A DNA stretch of 64,000 nucleotides, taken from the NCBI GenBank assembly GCA_002269645.1, contig NIVC01000616.1:434001-498000 (forward strand). The letters run 5' to 3'. Shown here one piece after another: positions 49,701 to 61,567 of this stretch; the stretch's first letter is position 1; each line of letters opens with the position of its first letter. Source of the stretch: Macrostomum lignano (Eukaryota). The position numbers and the translations under genes were made by a program. Below the pieces are notes generated by a model. It was given only the letters and a program-made list of their open reading frames with translations, was not told the origin of the DNA and made no database searches.

Positions 49701-52700
49701 ATCATCAACATCATCATCATCATCATACGAGTAAACAACAACCTGCAGCAGCGGCTGCGCCTCGGAACAGAGTTTGAGTTGACAGCAGTGGCATCTCCGC
49801 CGGCAGCCGTGGTGGCGCGGCAGGCGGCGGCATCAGCGGCTGCTCCTCAGCGCTGTCGTCGAACATCCGGGGACAGTCCAGATCGTCGTCGATGGGGATG
49901 GGGACGTCGTCATTATCTGCGAAATCTTCGTCGAGATCGTCGTCAGCCAGCAGGAGCCGCGCAGTCTGAGTGGCAACCGCCGTGAGGTTGGCATCCTCAA
50001 GATCGCGCAGTCCGACAGCGTGAAACATCAGGTTGGTGGCTCCGGCGCGGTGGCAGCCCAGCAGGCGGCCCAGGGCCACCAAGTGGTGCCGGGTCACCGA
50101 GGCGCCGCCAGCGGGACCGTTGGAAGCGAATCGCGATGGGCGGCGGCAGTGGTCGAGCGGCATCTGCTGCTGCGGCTGTCGATGTTGCCGAAGGTCGTCC
50201 TCGGTCTCGGCCAGAGTCGATGGCAGGCAGCGCAGTCTGGGAGGCAGCAGGCGGGCAAAGGTTGGCGCCGAGGAGGCCAGGCGGGTCTCGTAGTCCAGCA
50301 CCTGGTCGGGTCGCAGCTTGGCGGAGCTGCAGCCGCCACCGCCGTCGGCGACGCTGCTGCCAACAGCTCGACGCTTTCTAGCCGCTCCGCCAGCCGCGGG
50401 CCGCTGTTGAATATCCAGGCGCCGCAGGCTGACAGTAGGCTGCAGGCCAGTCGGTATCATCCTGGGCGTGTCAGAGTAGAACTGCAGCTTGCGAAAGCCG
50501 TCAAGGATGACCTTGTTCACCGAGGCGCGCTTGCTAAGCGAGGCGCCGTAGCTGGCCTCCTCCTTGCCGGCAGCCAGCAGCATCACGATGCGGCCTTGTC
50601 GCGCCCGCCCGGTGCGGCCCATGCGCTGAATGAGGCGTACGGGGCTCTTCTGGGCGTCGTAGCAGATGATGAGGTCGACCTGGCCGATGTCCAGGCCTGC
50701 GGGTTGAAAGTTGAAAGCATGACAACCCACTGGTCAGTTTGAGCACACAAGCGAAAGTGACTCTATAGTGTTTGGGTCTTGGGGACTGGGTCGCTCTGCA
50801 GTTACTCACCCTCCTCTCCAACGCAGGTGGACACCAGCGTGTTGTAGGCGCCCTGCCGGAACTCCTGCATCACCCTCAGCTGGTCCTTCTGCGTCAAGCC
50901 TTTGCTATTCTTGCCCGTGCTGGCCTGGCCAAAGAAGGTCATGCAGCGCACCAGCGGCCGGTGCTGCTTGAGCATACGGGCAATCTCGGTCACGGAGTCG
51001 CGGTACTGCGAGAATATGATCACCCGCGTGCGCTGACGCTCGGCTGGGTCCTCGGTTGACTGGAAATGCTTCAGCACAATCTCCAGCAGGCGGCTGAGCT
51101 TGGGGTGACCACCAACGAATGCGGCCTGAGTACTGCTCAGGGTGGAGTTGGGGTCGGGCTTGAACTTGTCCAGTAGGCTGTCCCACAGCTCTGCGAATGC
51201 CGGCTGCCGCTGCAGCTCCAGCCGGGTGGAGTTCGAGCCGCGCTCGCCCTCCAGCACGCCCTGGGGAGTGCGAGATTGTGGTCTTTGTTGTTTCGAACCG
51301 AAACAAAGACTCTATTTCAGCATCTACGATGATAACACTCATTGTAATTATTGAACAAAGACTCAATTCAGTATTTACAAGATGATATACCTAAAGAGCT
51401 TCTAAACACAGAATCATTAGTCTTTTTGGTGTCTTAGAAAATACTCTATGGAATCATTGAACAAAGACTCAATATGGAGTTACTGCTGCCAAAGTTTAAC
51501 ATTTTAGCCCTTGAACAAAGACTGAACAAAGAAATCCGAGCTAACACTATTGTCAAAATTACAAAATATATACTTAGCATAAGTCTCTTAAGGAGCAAAG
51601 ACCCTGGTTATGGTTATATACCCAATAATAAAGACTATAACCAGCCAGGAAGACAGGACAAAGACTGCCAACCTTGAGAAAATTGTACAGCGGCCTCAGC
51701 CCGTGCTGTTGCACAATCTCGTAGCCGTGATAGAGCGAGATGGCCATGGCGAAGTTGCGGTGAATGAAGGACTGCCGGTCAGGCGGTATGCTGCCGCCGT
51801 AGCGCTGGAAGAACTCCTGGCGCTGCATGATCAGCGCGTACTTGGACAGGGTGGCCACGCGGACACTGGCGTACACGGCCTGCGGATTCAATCGATAGTT
51901 GAAGATTTCAAACAGCTGAATCCTAAATACCTACGAGCTAAATTATTCACGTCTTTGAATAATTTAATCCTGATCCCCACAGAACTTTATCTCAAATCCC
52001 AGGATCTTGATTCTAAATCTCAAAAAAATTGATCCCAAATCCCTGAATCTGATCCTAAATCCCAGGATCTTGATCCCCAATCACAGGATCTTGATCACCA
52101 ATCCCATAATCTTGATCCCAAATTCTAGAATACTGATCCGAAATGCCATAACATTGATCCTAAATCCCATAACATTGATCCAAAATCCTAGAATACTGAT
52201 CCGAAATCCCATAACATTGATCCCAAATCCCATAACATTGATCCCAAATCCCATAACATTGATACCAAATCCTAGAATACTGATCCGAAAATCTTAGACT
52301 GTTGGTCCTAAACCCCAGAATATTGATCCTGTGTTCATCCATAAATCTAGAATTCAATCCTTAAAACCTGATTCCATATCCTTGAACTTTGAACCCAAAT
52401 TAACTCCCCAAGGATCCCAATACAAACCAGGCTCGTGCGCAACAGCAAACTGCCGCAAACCTGCCTTGTTCTGCTTGAGCCGGGACACATAGACATCAAT
52501 GATGGCCTCCAGTCGCCGCACCGCAGCTTCCACCTCGGGCCCGAGCGGCACCACAATCTTCTCCACATTTCTCTCGTGCGAATACCGCTGAATATCCCTG
52601 CACTGCTCGGTGCGCAGCTCGATATGCGATATCAGCAGATTGTTAATCACCTCCTGCACCGACCGGACATCCGAGCCGGGCGTGGCCGACAGAGCCAGCA

Positions 52701-54925
52701 CTCGGAACTGGTTGTGCCTCGATGCTAAAGTGCGAATGGCCACGCAGTAGGCGTGATTGCCTGTGGCTTTGTGCGCTTCGTCTATCACTACGCAGCGGAC
52801 TTGGGCCGGGTCGCACAGCTGGTTGGTGAGGTCGTTGGCGAACACCTGACAGGTAGGTAGATGGGGAGTCACTGTAGGCTTGGGTCTGGAGAAAGGGAGT
52901 CACTGTAGGCTTGGGTCTGGAGATGGGGAGTCACTGTAGGCTTGGGTCTGGAGATGGGGAGTCACTGTAGGCTTGGGTCTGGAGATGGGGAGTCACTGCA
53001 GGGTTGGGTCTGGAGATGGGGAGTCACTGCAGGGTTGGGTCTGGAGATGGGGAGTCACTGCAGGGTTGGGTCTGGAGATGGGGAGTCACTGTAGGCTTGG
53101 GTCTGGAGATGGGGAGTCACTGTAGGCTTGGGTCTTGAGATGGGGAGTCACTGTAGGGTTGGGTCTGGAAATGGGGAGTCACTGCAGGCTTGGGTCTGGA
53201 GATGGGGAGTCACTGCAGGCTTGGGTCTGGAGATGGGGAGTCACTGTAGGCTTGGGTCTGGAGATGGGGAGTCACTGTAGGCTTGGGTCTGGAGATGGGG
53301 AGTCACTGCAGGGTTGGGTCTGGAGATGGGGAGTCACTGTAGGCTTGGGTCTGGAGATGGGGAGTCACTGCAGGCTTGGGTCTGGAGATGGGGAGTCACT
53401 GTAGGCTTGGGTCTGGAGATGGGGAGTCACTGTAGGGTTGGGTCTGGAGATGGGGAGTCACTGTAGGCTTGGGTCTGGAGATGGGGAGTCACTGTAGGGT
53501 AGGGGAGAGGGAAAGGAAGATGAGGGGTAGGAGAGGGGAAGGGGAGAGGAAGATGAAGAGTAGTTTATTATTTAAATGTAAATACAAAGTCTAAAAAAGC
53601 TACTGACAGTAGACAGAAAGAAACAAACAAGCAAAACAATGAGAGCAACCTGCGGTGTGCAGAAGAACAGACGCTTGTCCTGCCAGGCAGCTCGCCTAGC
53701 CGCAGGCGGCATGCAGCCGGTCATCTCGATGGTGTCGGCCGCCGGCACCCCGGCGATGCCATAGCAGGCGTCGATCTGCTGAGCAACCAGCGGCTTAGTT
53801 GGCGCCATGAACACCACCCGACCGGCGGGGTACCAGCGGTAGAAGTTCATCATGACCACGGCCGCGATGAAGGTCTTGCCGAGGCCGGTCGGCAGGCAGA
53901 CCAGGGTGTTTTTGGCCAGGGCGCTGGCCACTATGTTGTACTGGTATTCGCGCACCTGCGGTTGCCACCACATCAGATATTCTCTTAATCCGACTGATCT
54001 CACCTACCTAATCCCTTAATCCGACTGATCTCACCTGCCTAATCTCTTAATCCAATTGATCTCACCTGCCTAACCTCTGACTTAATCCGACTGATCTCAC
54101 CTGCCTAATCTCTGACTTAATCCGACTGATCTCACCTACCTAATCCCTTTATCCGACTGATCTCACCTGCCTAATCTCTTAATCCGATTGATCTCACCTG
54201 CCTAATCTCTTAATCTGATTGATCTCACCTGCCTAATCTCTTAATCCGATTGATCTCACCTGCCTAATCTCTTAATCCGATTGATCTCACCTGCCTAATC
54301 TCTTAATCTGATTGATCTCACTTGCCTAATCTCTTAATCCGATTGATCTCACCTGCCTAATCTCTGATTTAATCCGGTTGATCTCACCTGCCTAATCTCT
54401 GACTTAATCCGACTGATCTCACCTGCCTAATCTCTTAATCCGACTGATCTCAACTGCCTAATCTCTTAATCCGACTGATCATTAATCATTTTAATCCCGC
54501 TTCAGCCGATCACGCTGAGATCACACTTCAGCCGATTACTACCATAGACTTCACACTTCAGCTCAAATTCAGGATTGCCTAGCCTAGCATTCAATAGAAT
54601 TCCTCCGAGATCATTGTAAAAGTCTCACCGGAAAATTCACAGGGTAGACCCACACAGCTCCCTCTCCGCTAGCGTCAAAACCCTCCAACGTGTTTGAATC
54701 ATTCTTTGAAGCCCGCAAAGCCAATGGCAATTTTGCATTAGCTCGAAAATCCAGCTGACTGATGTCTGTTGGAAAAGTCGACTCAGCGCCAGCAGAGACT
54801 GCTGCAGTTGTTGAAGTAGATGGCGCTGATGCCACTTGTCTGGCACCACTGATGGCGCTGAAACCACTTGGCATGGCAACAGGTTTTTGGCCACCCCATG
54901 CCATGGCTAAGGTTGTCTGCTTCAT
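46751..54925 (-). CDS. fancm: Fanconi anemia group M DEAH helicase/translocase, 7 exons, ~1804 aa, no C-terminal ERCC4 domain evident
   Basis: Exons 54925-54629, 53955-53650, 52845-52465, 51879-51673, 51260-50810, 50696-49743, 49569-46751 (5415 nt; intron 3 needs a GC donor). Motifs VWVYPVNFP-VREYQ, NTLVCLPTGLGKT, FMAPTKPLVAQQ, VVIDEAHKA, LALSATPG, VIIFSQYRDS, EEGLDIGQVD, QRMGRTGR, and an MM3-like CDFLDDEA...MRAIYLRSL. Confidence 0.95.
48700..48940 (-). repeat. 36-bp in-frame minisatellite in FANCM exon 7, (DLEEQRPAQQNK)x~7
   Basis: Seven EEQRP units in the translated ORF. Confidence 0.9.
49580..49725. repeat. (ATC)n microsatellite filling FANCM intron 6
   Basis: Between donor CAG|GTTGTT (49742) and acceptor TTGCAG|AC (49570). 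Confidence 0.9.
51960..52400. repeat. ~21-bp degenerate minisatellite, FANCM intron 3
   Basis: Unit GATCCCAAATCCCATAACATT and variants. Confidence 0.85.
52860..53500. repeat. 31-bp minisatellite, FANCM intron 2
   Basis: Unit GGGTCTGGAGATGGGGAGTCACTGTAGGCTT. Confidence 0.95.
53985..54480. repeat. ~31-bp minisatellite, FANCM intron 1
   Basis: Unit GATCTCACCTGCCTAATCTCTTAATCCGATT. Confidence 0.95.
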
Positions 54926-55998
54926 CTCAGCTTAACTTTGGTGTTATACTGAGATCTAGCAGGAAATATTTTACATTACATTTTGATGAAAGTTTACCAG
55001 CTTGAATAGATATTTGGCTTATTAATTAATAAACTAAAAAACTGGCTGCTTATAAAATCTTTAGGTAAAAACAAAGCTTAAGCTTTGCAAAAGATCATTA
55101 TGAGTCAAAAGTTGAATGCAAGCCCCTAGCTGGGCTATATTTTATAAATTTATACAATCCTAGGGGCCTATCATTGGTTGATTCAACAATCACATTTTGA
55201 CTTCCATTTTTAAATCTATTTATCTAAATCTATGGTAGCTAATTCATAGCACATGTCTACTTTGGTAATAATGCATATGCAATCTCTGAAATTATACTAG
55301 CTATGCAACTTAGTTTTGACAAATATGTGACTTACTTTTTTAAAACTCGGGCTGTATTGTAGAGGCTATTTATAAGTGCAAATAGTCAGGCACTAGGAAT
55401 CATAAGATTTTCTTATAGGCAAGTTTCCTATCAAATTTTTTCAAAGCAAGGTTTTCTTAGAAAATCTTTATGCCAAGATTCTCCTACAAGGACCAGTTTT
55501 TCTTGCCAAGGTTTAGCATCCTTTTATAGAGCTACTAAAATCTAAATTATAACTCTACTATTGCTAGACAAAACATGACTAATCTGGCTAATATAAATTA
55601 TGATAGACCAAGGATAGGCCTAAATCAAAATTAATAACCAAAAATGAAAAAAAAACTAAAGCAAAGAAACAAAATCGTCAAAGCAACTTTATAGGTTGCA
55701 TATATTTTTAAAACCAAATCCATATTAAAAACTTTTTTTCATTTCTGCTAAAAAATCAAAAAGATATTGATATACTTATATACACTTTAAGTTCTAAGCC
55801 CTAGTATATAACTTATAAGAGGATAAAATAGTGACTTAGACTGTATAAAAAAAAATATCATATTATACATTTTCAAATAGATTTTAAATACTATGAGATC
55901 TTCTTATAACTAAGATCTAAAAAAATTAGTAGTAAAAAATTAGTAATTTTTTTTAATGCTAATGCTTTTGCCATTAATGGAAGTTAAGATTTTCATTA

Positions 55999-56250
55999 AT
56001 GGTACCCAACACTGGTATTTTGTACATTGGAAAAACTAAGCAACACTTGCACACTAGGGTCAAGGAACACTAGACCAAAAAATCTGCTATACAGGAGCAT
56101 TTTATCACATGCAAGTCATGCTGTAATAATAAACTGATTGATTTATTTAAGATTATTAATTCCTGCCACCATGAGCACACTTTGAACATCTTAGAGGCTA
56201 TGTACATCAAAGATCAGAACCCAAGCCTAAACTGCCAGCTAGCTTGGGGG
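55999..56250 (+). pseudogene. decayed GIY-YIG endonuclease fragment (Penelope-like element relic)
   Basis: Translates as GILYIGKTKQHLHTRVKEH*TKKSAIQEH...ILEAMYIKDQNPSLN with an in-frame TAG at 56071; homologous to the ORF at 61121. Confidence 0.75.
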
Positions 56251-56712
56251 GTGCTAGCTGCCAACATAGCATGTTTTAGTTTGAAGTATATGCTACTGCA
56301 CCGTGTGTTAGAACTTGTTTCAATTGAAAACTATACATATTAATATGTGACGTGACGCAAAAGTCAGGAGCTGATTGTTGTTTAATAACGAATGTGAATG
56401 CTTGCGATATATTTGTAAAATAGCTTAGGAACTTGACGAGTTGAGGACCAAGAGAAATAGCTTAAATATTGTAAATATTGGATTTCACAGATGCACTGAC
56501 ACTGTGAGTGGAGAGAGTACAAAATGGTAGAGACTTAAGGGGCGAGGCAATGGCTAGCGCAATGATGCACGTGGAACAGAGTAGAGTACGCATAGAGTAC
56601 ACAATGATTTACTGAGTACACGCAGATCGCAGCTGCAAACAAGGTGACTAAGCGAAGTTAAATAAACAAGCCCCCCACAGTTACCCAGCTCACAAACCAA
56701 ACAACCGTCACT

Positions 56713-59700
56713 TCATCTCCCCCCTTCGAATCGAGCTGGTGGCAGGCCCCTTGTCGAACGAATCGGATAGCGGGGCAGCTTCACCGGCGAGGGGCCGGCG
56801 GTGCTTTCAGCCATCGGCTCCGGCCGATGCAACTCGGTTGGCTCCCCGCCCTGCAGTCCGATAGCTTCGCCATCTTCAGCGGATGCAGTAGCGGCGTCGC
56901 TGCCACCGCTGCTCTTGGCATCTTGGCAGCTGGTCTGCGGCCTTGACAGCATCGCATCCTCGTCCGTGGCGCGGGAGGTTGCCGGATCATCGGCTCCGGC
57001 CTCGATGCGTTCACTCAGCTGGTCTGCATGCGCCAGGACGGTGCGACCGCCTTGGCGGGCGATGATGGCCGTGTTCGACCCTTTCTGACATAGAAACTCG
57101 GCCGGCTCGCACTCCAGCCCTGCGCCCGGTGCGTACCAGATGTTGGCTCTAATTGGCGTCTTCATCGTGATAGGATTGCGAAGCTGCCGTCTCATGAGCT
57201 GTGCTGGACTCTGGGCCCGACCGGCGTGCGGAATGCACCTGTAATTGAGTAAGAGTCTGAACAGGAATGAGTTGTACGGCTCCGACGCTTGGTCCCAGGC
57301 CGCGGACGCCCTCTTGATCGAGCCGACCATCCGTTCCGCAAGTCCGTTCGATTGCGGATGCCTTGGAGGAGTTTTGAGGACTCGACAGCCGATTCGCTCA
57401 AGCCAGGACAGCAGTCCGGCGTCGTGATACTCAGCGGCATTATCACTAACCAGGACGTGCGGGACACCGTTTCTAGCAAACACTGACTGAAGAGCGGCTT
57501 TAACAGTCGCAGCATCGCGGTTTGGCACTCTCAGGACCTCAGGCCATCCTGACATAGCATCGACTAGAATGAGCACCAGTCCAACCTTCGGGATTGTGGC
57601 GTGGTCCATATGCACGCGATGCCACGGCTCGTCTTCCTTTGGCCACTGATGTACCGTAGGTGTGCCAGAGGGCCGAATTCGCGTGCAGGTGGGGCAGTTG
57701 CGTACGTGCCGCTCCACGTCCGTGCAATATCCTGGCCACCAGGCCGAGTTGCGGATGAGTGAGCGAGTTGCCATGGTTCCCTGATGCGAGTCATTGTGTA
57801 CCTGATCCAGGACGCGCTGCCTGAGTGTCGCAGGAATCACCGGTCGATCACCGTAGCAGAGAATGCCGTCGTCTATCACTAAGGCATGGCGAACTGACTT
57901 GTACGGCCTCTCAGCTGGGGAGCATCCAGACCATCTGCTTGATGCGACTCGCTCAGCAATATCTTGGAGTAGACGATCGCGCTGGGTCTCCGCTTGCAGC
58001 TCCTCCCATGGAATCACCGGGCCGCCTGCCCAATGAACCAGACCTTCCAAGGCAGCAGGTTCTGATTCGGATAGTTCACCGTTGCAGTCAAGGCGAGAGA
58101 GGGCATCAGCGTGCGGAATGTGCTCACCTTTTGTGTAGATCGTGTCAAAATCGAAGGCCATTAGCTTGATCGCCCAGCGAAGTAGCCGAGCGTTCGCCAC
58201 CTTTGGAAGTTGCCGCCGCGCTCCGAAGAGAAACTCTAGAGGCCGATGATCTGTCCGTAGAGTGAATCGGGCACCGAGAAGGAATTGCTTGGCGCGTTCC
58301 ATCGCCCAAACGATGGCGAGGGCCTCTCTTTCGATATTCGAATAGCGCGACTCCGTGCTGCTCAACCGTCTACTAAGGTATATAACCGGGTGGCCGTTTT
58401 GGGTGAGCACAGCGGCGATGGCCCTCTCACTGGCATCTGTGGTAAGAGTCGTCTCTTTGGTCTTGTCGTAGGGCTGTAGGACTGGCGCACTGCTAAGAAT
58501 GGCTTTGATTCGCTTGAAGGCCTGAGTCTGATCGGCTCCCCAACTGAACCTTGCGTTCTTGGTTCGTAACCGGTTGAGTGGCTCGATGATCTGTGAGTAG
58601 TTGCGACCGAATCTGCCAAAGAAGTTGGCAAGACCAAGAAAAGATTCTAGTTGCTTCTTGTCTTCCGGAGTCTTGACGGCGCGGATCCGATCGACTAGAT
58701 TTGGATCAGGAGAAATTCCTCTCTCGCTGACTCTGTACCCGAGAAATGAGACCTCCCTAGCCTTGAGGGTTGATTTTTCCAAGTTGATTGACATTCCTGC
58801 CTTATTTAGGGTAGCTATGACGTTTTTGACTTTTGAGTCGATCTTTGAGTCAGATTTTCCGCCTAGAAGAATGTCGTCCTGATAAACTATCTTGCCGGTG
58901 ATGTCAGTAAGGACAGATTCCATTGCCTTTTGAAAGATAGATGATGCAGATTTGAGGCCTGGAACGAGACGCTTATAGCGATAGAGGCCTAAAGGTGTGG
59001 CGATGGTGGTGATTTCTCTGCTGTCTTCGTCAAGCTCTATCTGCAAATATGCATCCGAGAGGTCGATTTTGGAGAAGTGCGACATTCCAGAGGTCTCTGC
59101 AAAGATTGTCTCCATCTCAGGCATTGGGTACGTATCATTGCACACCTGATGATTAACTCCTGCTTTGAAGTCAGCACAGACGCGCACCTTTCCGTTAGGT
59201 TTTAGCACACTGACAATTGGTGAGGCCCGCTGACTCCCTCCGGCTGGAACAGGTTCAATTATCTGCTCAGCCTCCATTCGCTTGAGTTCCTCATTAACCC
59301 GGTCTCGCAGGTGAATGGGAACGGGCCTGGCTGCGCAGTAAAACGGTTTTGCTCCGTCAACAAGGCGAATCTTGGCTTTGAAGTTTTTGAGACATCCTAG
59401 CTGGCCGACAGCGTTGATTGTAATAGCGTCCCTTTGCAGCTTAATGACGTCCATTCCCAGCAGTCCATGTGGCTTGCTGGCCTCCGTGACGATTAAGTCC
59501 AGTGTGACAAAGTTGGTGTCGGTTTCTAGGGAGGCAGTGAATTCTCCTAGACAGGAAATGCTGGATCCGTCGTACTGCCTGAGTGTTCGCCTGCACCTTT
59601 TGAGAGAAGGGCGGCCGAGCTTGACCCACAGATTTTGCGGAAGTAGACTCACCTCGGCCCCTGTGTCAATCTGCATGGGCAGGGTCCGACCATTGATCTT

Positions 59701-60603
59701 CGCCTCGTGAAAGAGTCCTTTGCTACGCCCTGGAGCGACCACGAAAATGTCGGCTGGCTCTTGGTCTTGATTCTCACGATCGCTTGTTGATTCTTCTTGG
59801 GTCAAGTGCACTTCTCTGGATCTGCAGACCGCCGCAAAATGATTCTTTCGTTTACACTTGGTGCACCTCTGACCGAAAGCCGGGCAACTGCCTTTGGGGT
59901 GAGTTGTACCGCAGTAATAGCACCTGCCTTTACCGGCCGCTCCTGAGGACTTGGCTGCCGCACCGGCCGTTCTTGGTTGACCTGCAAAAGCGATCTCCAG
60001 GGGAACGGGCGCGCCTGATGAAGCGGTGTTGGTCGTGCCTTTATAGTACTGTTGGATTTGCTCGAGCTGCTGCAGGTTTTGCAGGATATCGTCAAGAAGT
60101 TTTTCTTCGCCTTGAAGCTGCTCCAAAATCCTCTTCTTGTGTTCGGCAGGGGCAAGGCCGTCGATTAGCCTCATTGCGATGAGGTCGTTTTCCTTGGACT
60201 GCTTGGCCCCAAGTTCCTCGAATTTGCAGAGCGCTGCCGCTGCTCGAAGCCGACGGAAGTAAGTGCTGATCGATTCACCTGGCTCTTGTTTGAGGCTTAG
60301 AAATCTGGTGCGTTCAGCGATGACCAGCCTTTTCTTAGGCCGGATTGTTGCTGTTACTAGTGTCTCGATTTCGCTAAATTTGAGTGCCTCCAGCTTTTTT
60401 GGTGCGGCCATCAGAGAGAGCGTCCGGATCGCCTGTAGTCCAGCCTTGGACAGGAACAAGTCAGTCTTATCCCGCGCTTCGTCCGTGTCCGTAAGTTTCT
60501 TAATGCGGGCCGTGGCGGAAAGCTGCTGCATCCATGCCTCAGCGAGTTCAGGATCATTGAGGTTCAGTTCTTGACTCCGAATTTCGCCTGCTTGCGACGC
60601 CAT
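56713..60603 (-). CDS. single gag-pol polyprotein (1296 aa): Gag with two zinc knuckles, protease, RT, RNase H, integrase
   Basis: CYYCGTTHPKGSC and CTKCKRKNHFAAVC; IDTGA; KIDLSDAYLQI and YQDD; TTDAS...EREA; HNDSHQG...CPTC with D-D-E (HMDH, VSDN, AERM). Order PR-RT-RH-IN. No env or chromodomain seen. Confidence 0.95.
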   Translation of the reverse strand: MASQAGEIRSQELNLNDPELAEAWMQQLSATARIKKLTDTDEARDKTDLFLSKAGLQAIRTLSLMAAPKKLEALKFSEIETLVTATIRPKKRLVIAERTRFLSLKQEPGESISTYFRRLRAAAALCKFEELGAKQSKENDLIAMRLIDGLAPAEHKKRILEQLQGEEKLLDDILQNLQQLEQIQQYYKGTTNTASSGAPVPLEIAFAGQPRTAGAAAKSSGAAGKGRCYYCGTTHPKGSCPAFGQRCTKCKRKNHFAAVCRSREVHLTQEESTSDRENQDQEPADIFVVAPGRSKGLFHEAKINGRTLPMQIDTGAEVSLLPQNLWVKLGRPSLKRCRRTLRQYDGSSISCLGEFTASLETDTNFVTLDLIVTEASKPHGLLGMDVIKLQRDAITINAVGQLGCLKNFKAKIRLVDGAKPFYCAARPVPIHLRDRVNEELKRMEAEQIIEPVPAGGSQRASPIVSVLKPNGKVRVCADFKAGVNHQVCNDTYPMPEMETIFAETSGMSHFSKIDLSDAYLQIELDEDSREITTIATPLGLYRYKRLVPGLKSASSIFQKAMESVLTDITGKIVYQDDILLGGKSDSKIDSKVKNVIATLNKAGMSINLEKSTLKAREVSFLGYRVSERGISPDPNLVDRIRAVKTPEDKKQLESFLGLANFFGRFGRNYSQIIEPLNRLRTKNARFSWGADQTQAFKRIKAILSSAPVLQPYDKTKETTLTTDASERAIAAVLTQNGHPVIYLSRRLSSTESRYSNIEREALAIVWAMERAKQFLLGARFTLRTDHRPLEFLFGARRQLPKVANARLLRWAIKLMAFDFDTIYTKGEHIPHADALSRLDCNGELSESEPAALEGLVHWAGGPVIPWEELQAETQRDRLLQDIAERVASSRWSGCSPAERPYKSVRHALVIDDGILCYGDRPVIPATLRQRVLDQVHNDSHQGTMATRSLIRNSAWWPGYCTDVERHVRNCPTCTRIRPSGTPTVHQWPKEDEPWHRVHMDHATIPKVGLVLILVDAMSGWPEVLRVPNRDAATVKAALQSVFARNGVPHVLVSDNAAEYHDAGLLSWLERIGCRVLKTPPRHPQSNGLAERMVGSIKRASAAWDQASEPYNSFLFRLLLNYRCIPHAGRAQSPAQLMRRQLRNPITMKTPIRANIWYAPGAGLECEPAEFLCQKGSNTAIIARQGGRTVLAHADQLSERIEAGADDPATSRATDEDAMLSRPQTSCQDAKSSGGSDAATASAEDGEAIGLQGGEPTELHRPEPMAESTAGPSPVKLPRYPIRSTRGLPPARFEGGR

Positions 60604-60636
60604 TGACGTGACGCAAAAGTCAGGAGCTGATTGTTG

Positions 60637-60642
60637 TTTAAT
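60637..60642 (-). promoter_or_regulatory. ATTAAA polyadenylation-signal candidate in the LTR (equivalent at 56381-56386)
   Basis: ATTAAA on the minus strand ~33 nt before each LTR end. Confidence 0.45.
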
Positions 60643-61120
60643 AACGAATGTGAATGCTTGCGATATGTTTGTAAAATAGCTTAGGAACTTGACGAGTTGA
60701 GGACCAAGAGAAATAGCTTAAATATTGTAAATATTGGATTTCACAGATGCACTGACACTGTGAGTGGAGAGAGTACAAAATGGTAGAGACTTAAGGGGCG
60801 AGGCAATGGCTAGCGCAATGATGCACGTGGAACAGAGTAGAGTACGCATAGAGTACACAATGATTTACTGAGTACACGCAGATCGCAGCTGCAAACAAGG
60901 TGACTAAGCGAAGTTAAATAAACAAGCTCCCCACAGTTACCCAGCTCACAAACCAAACAACCGTCACTTCAATATGTTTGTTTTCATTCTTTTTATTCTT
61001 ATTTATTAAGCGAGCTACTCTACCAGAAATATATTTATATTCCATTGTATTTACTACCTTTAGTTATATTCCTTTAATTTTGCAATAGTTTTCAGTTTTC
61101 TAGAAGCATTTTCTAGAGTT

Positions 61121-61495
61121 GTGTTCAGGACTGAAAAGATTGCGCGCTATGCAAGCAGACTCAAATCTAGTGTTCTTCTCCCACTTAAGGCTGGTGTCGT
61201 CTATCAATTTCAATGCTCTGTTGATCAGGGTGTTTCCTATATTGGAAAAACTAAACGGCATCTACACCAGAGGGTAAGGGAGCACTGGCTTAGGTCTTTG
61301 GCCATTAAAGACCACCTATTCGTGTGCAAGGCGTGTTGTGACTGTGAGCCTATGCAGTTGTTCAAGGTGATGGATGGATGTAACAATGATAGAAAACTAA
61401 AATCGTTGGAGGCTACATACATTAGGAAGTACAATCCTAGCTTAAATGTTCAGCTTGTGAGTAAAGGTATAGAGCAACAACTCAGAATTTTTTGA
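61121..61495 (+). mobile_element. GIY-YIG endonuclease ORF of a 5'-truncated Penelope-like element
   Basis: GVVYQFQC...YIGKTKRHLHQRVREH...LEATYIRKYNPSLN; starts at GTG with no upstream RT-coding sequence visible. Confidence 0.8.
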
Positions 61496-61567
61496 TCTCA
61501 TTGTGCGCAGTGGTGAGATGGGTGCACCCTTTTAACTGATTGGTTTGTTAGTTAAAAGTTTATAGCA

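Larger units (their letters stand above)
56348..60971 (-). mobile_element. full-length Ty3/gypsy LTR retrotransposon (Mag-like), 4624 bp
   Basis: 368-bp LTRs at 56348-56715 and 60604-60971, TG...CA ends, 2 mismatches seen. 5-bp TSD ATATG (56343-56347; 60972-60976). PBS-like TGGCGTCGCAAGCAGG at 60602-60587; PPT GAAGGGGGGAGA at 56727-56716. Confidence 0.97.

Noticed and set aside
49575-49741. Poly-Met/Ile N-terminus of the 996-aa ORF
   Set aside because: It is the (ATC)n intron 6 of FANCM, bounded by phase-matched splice sites.
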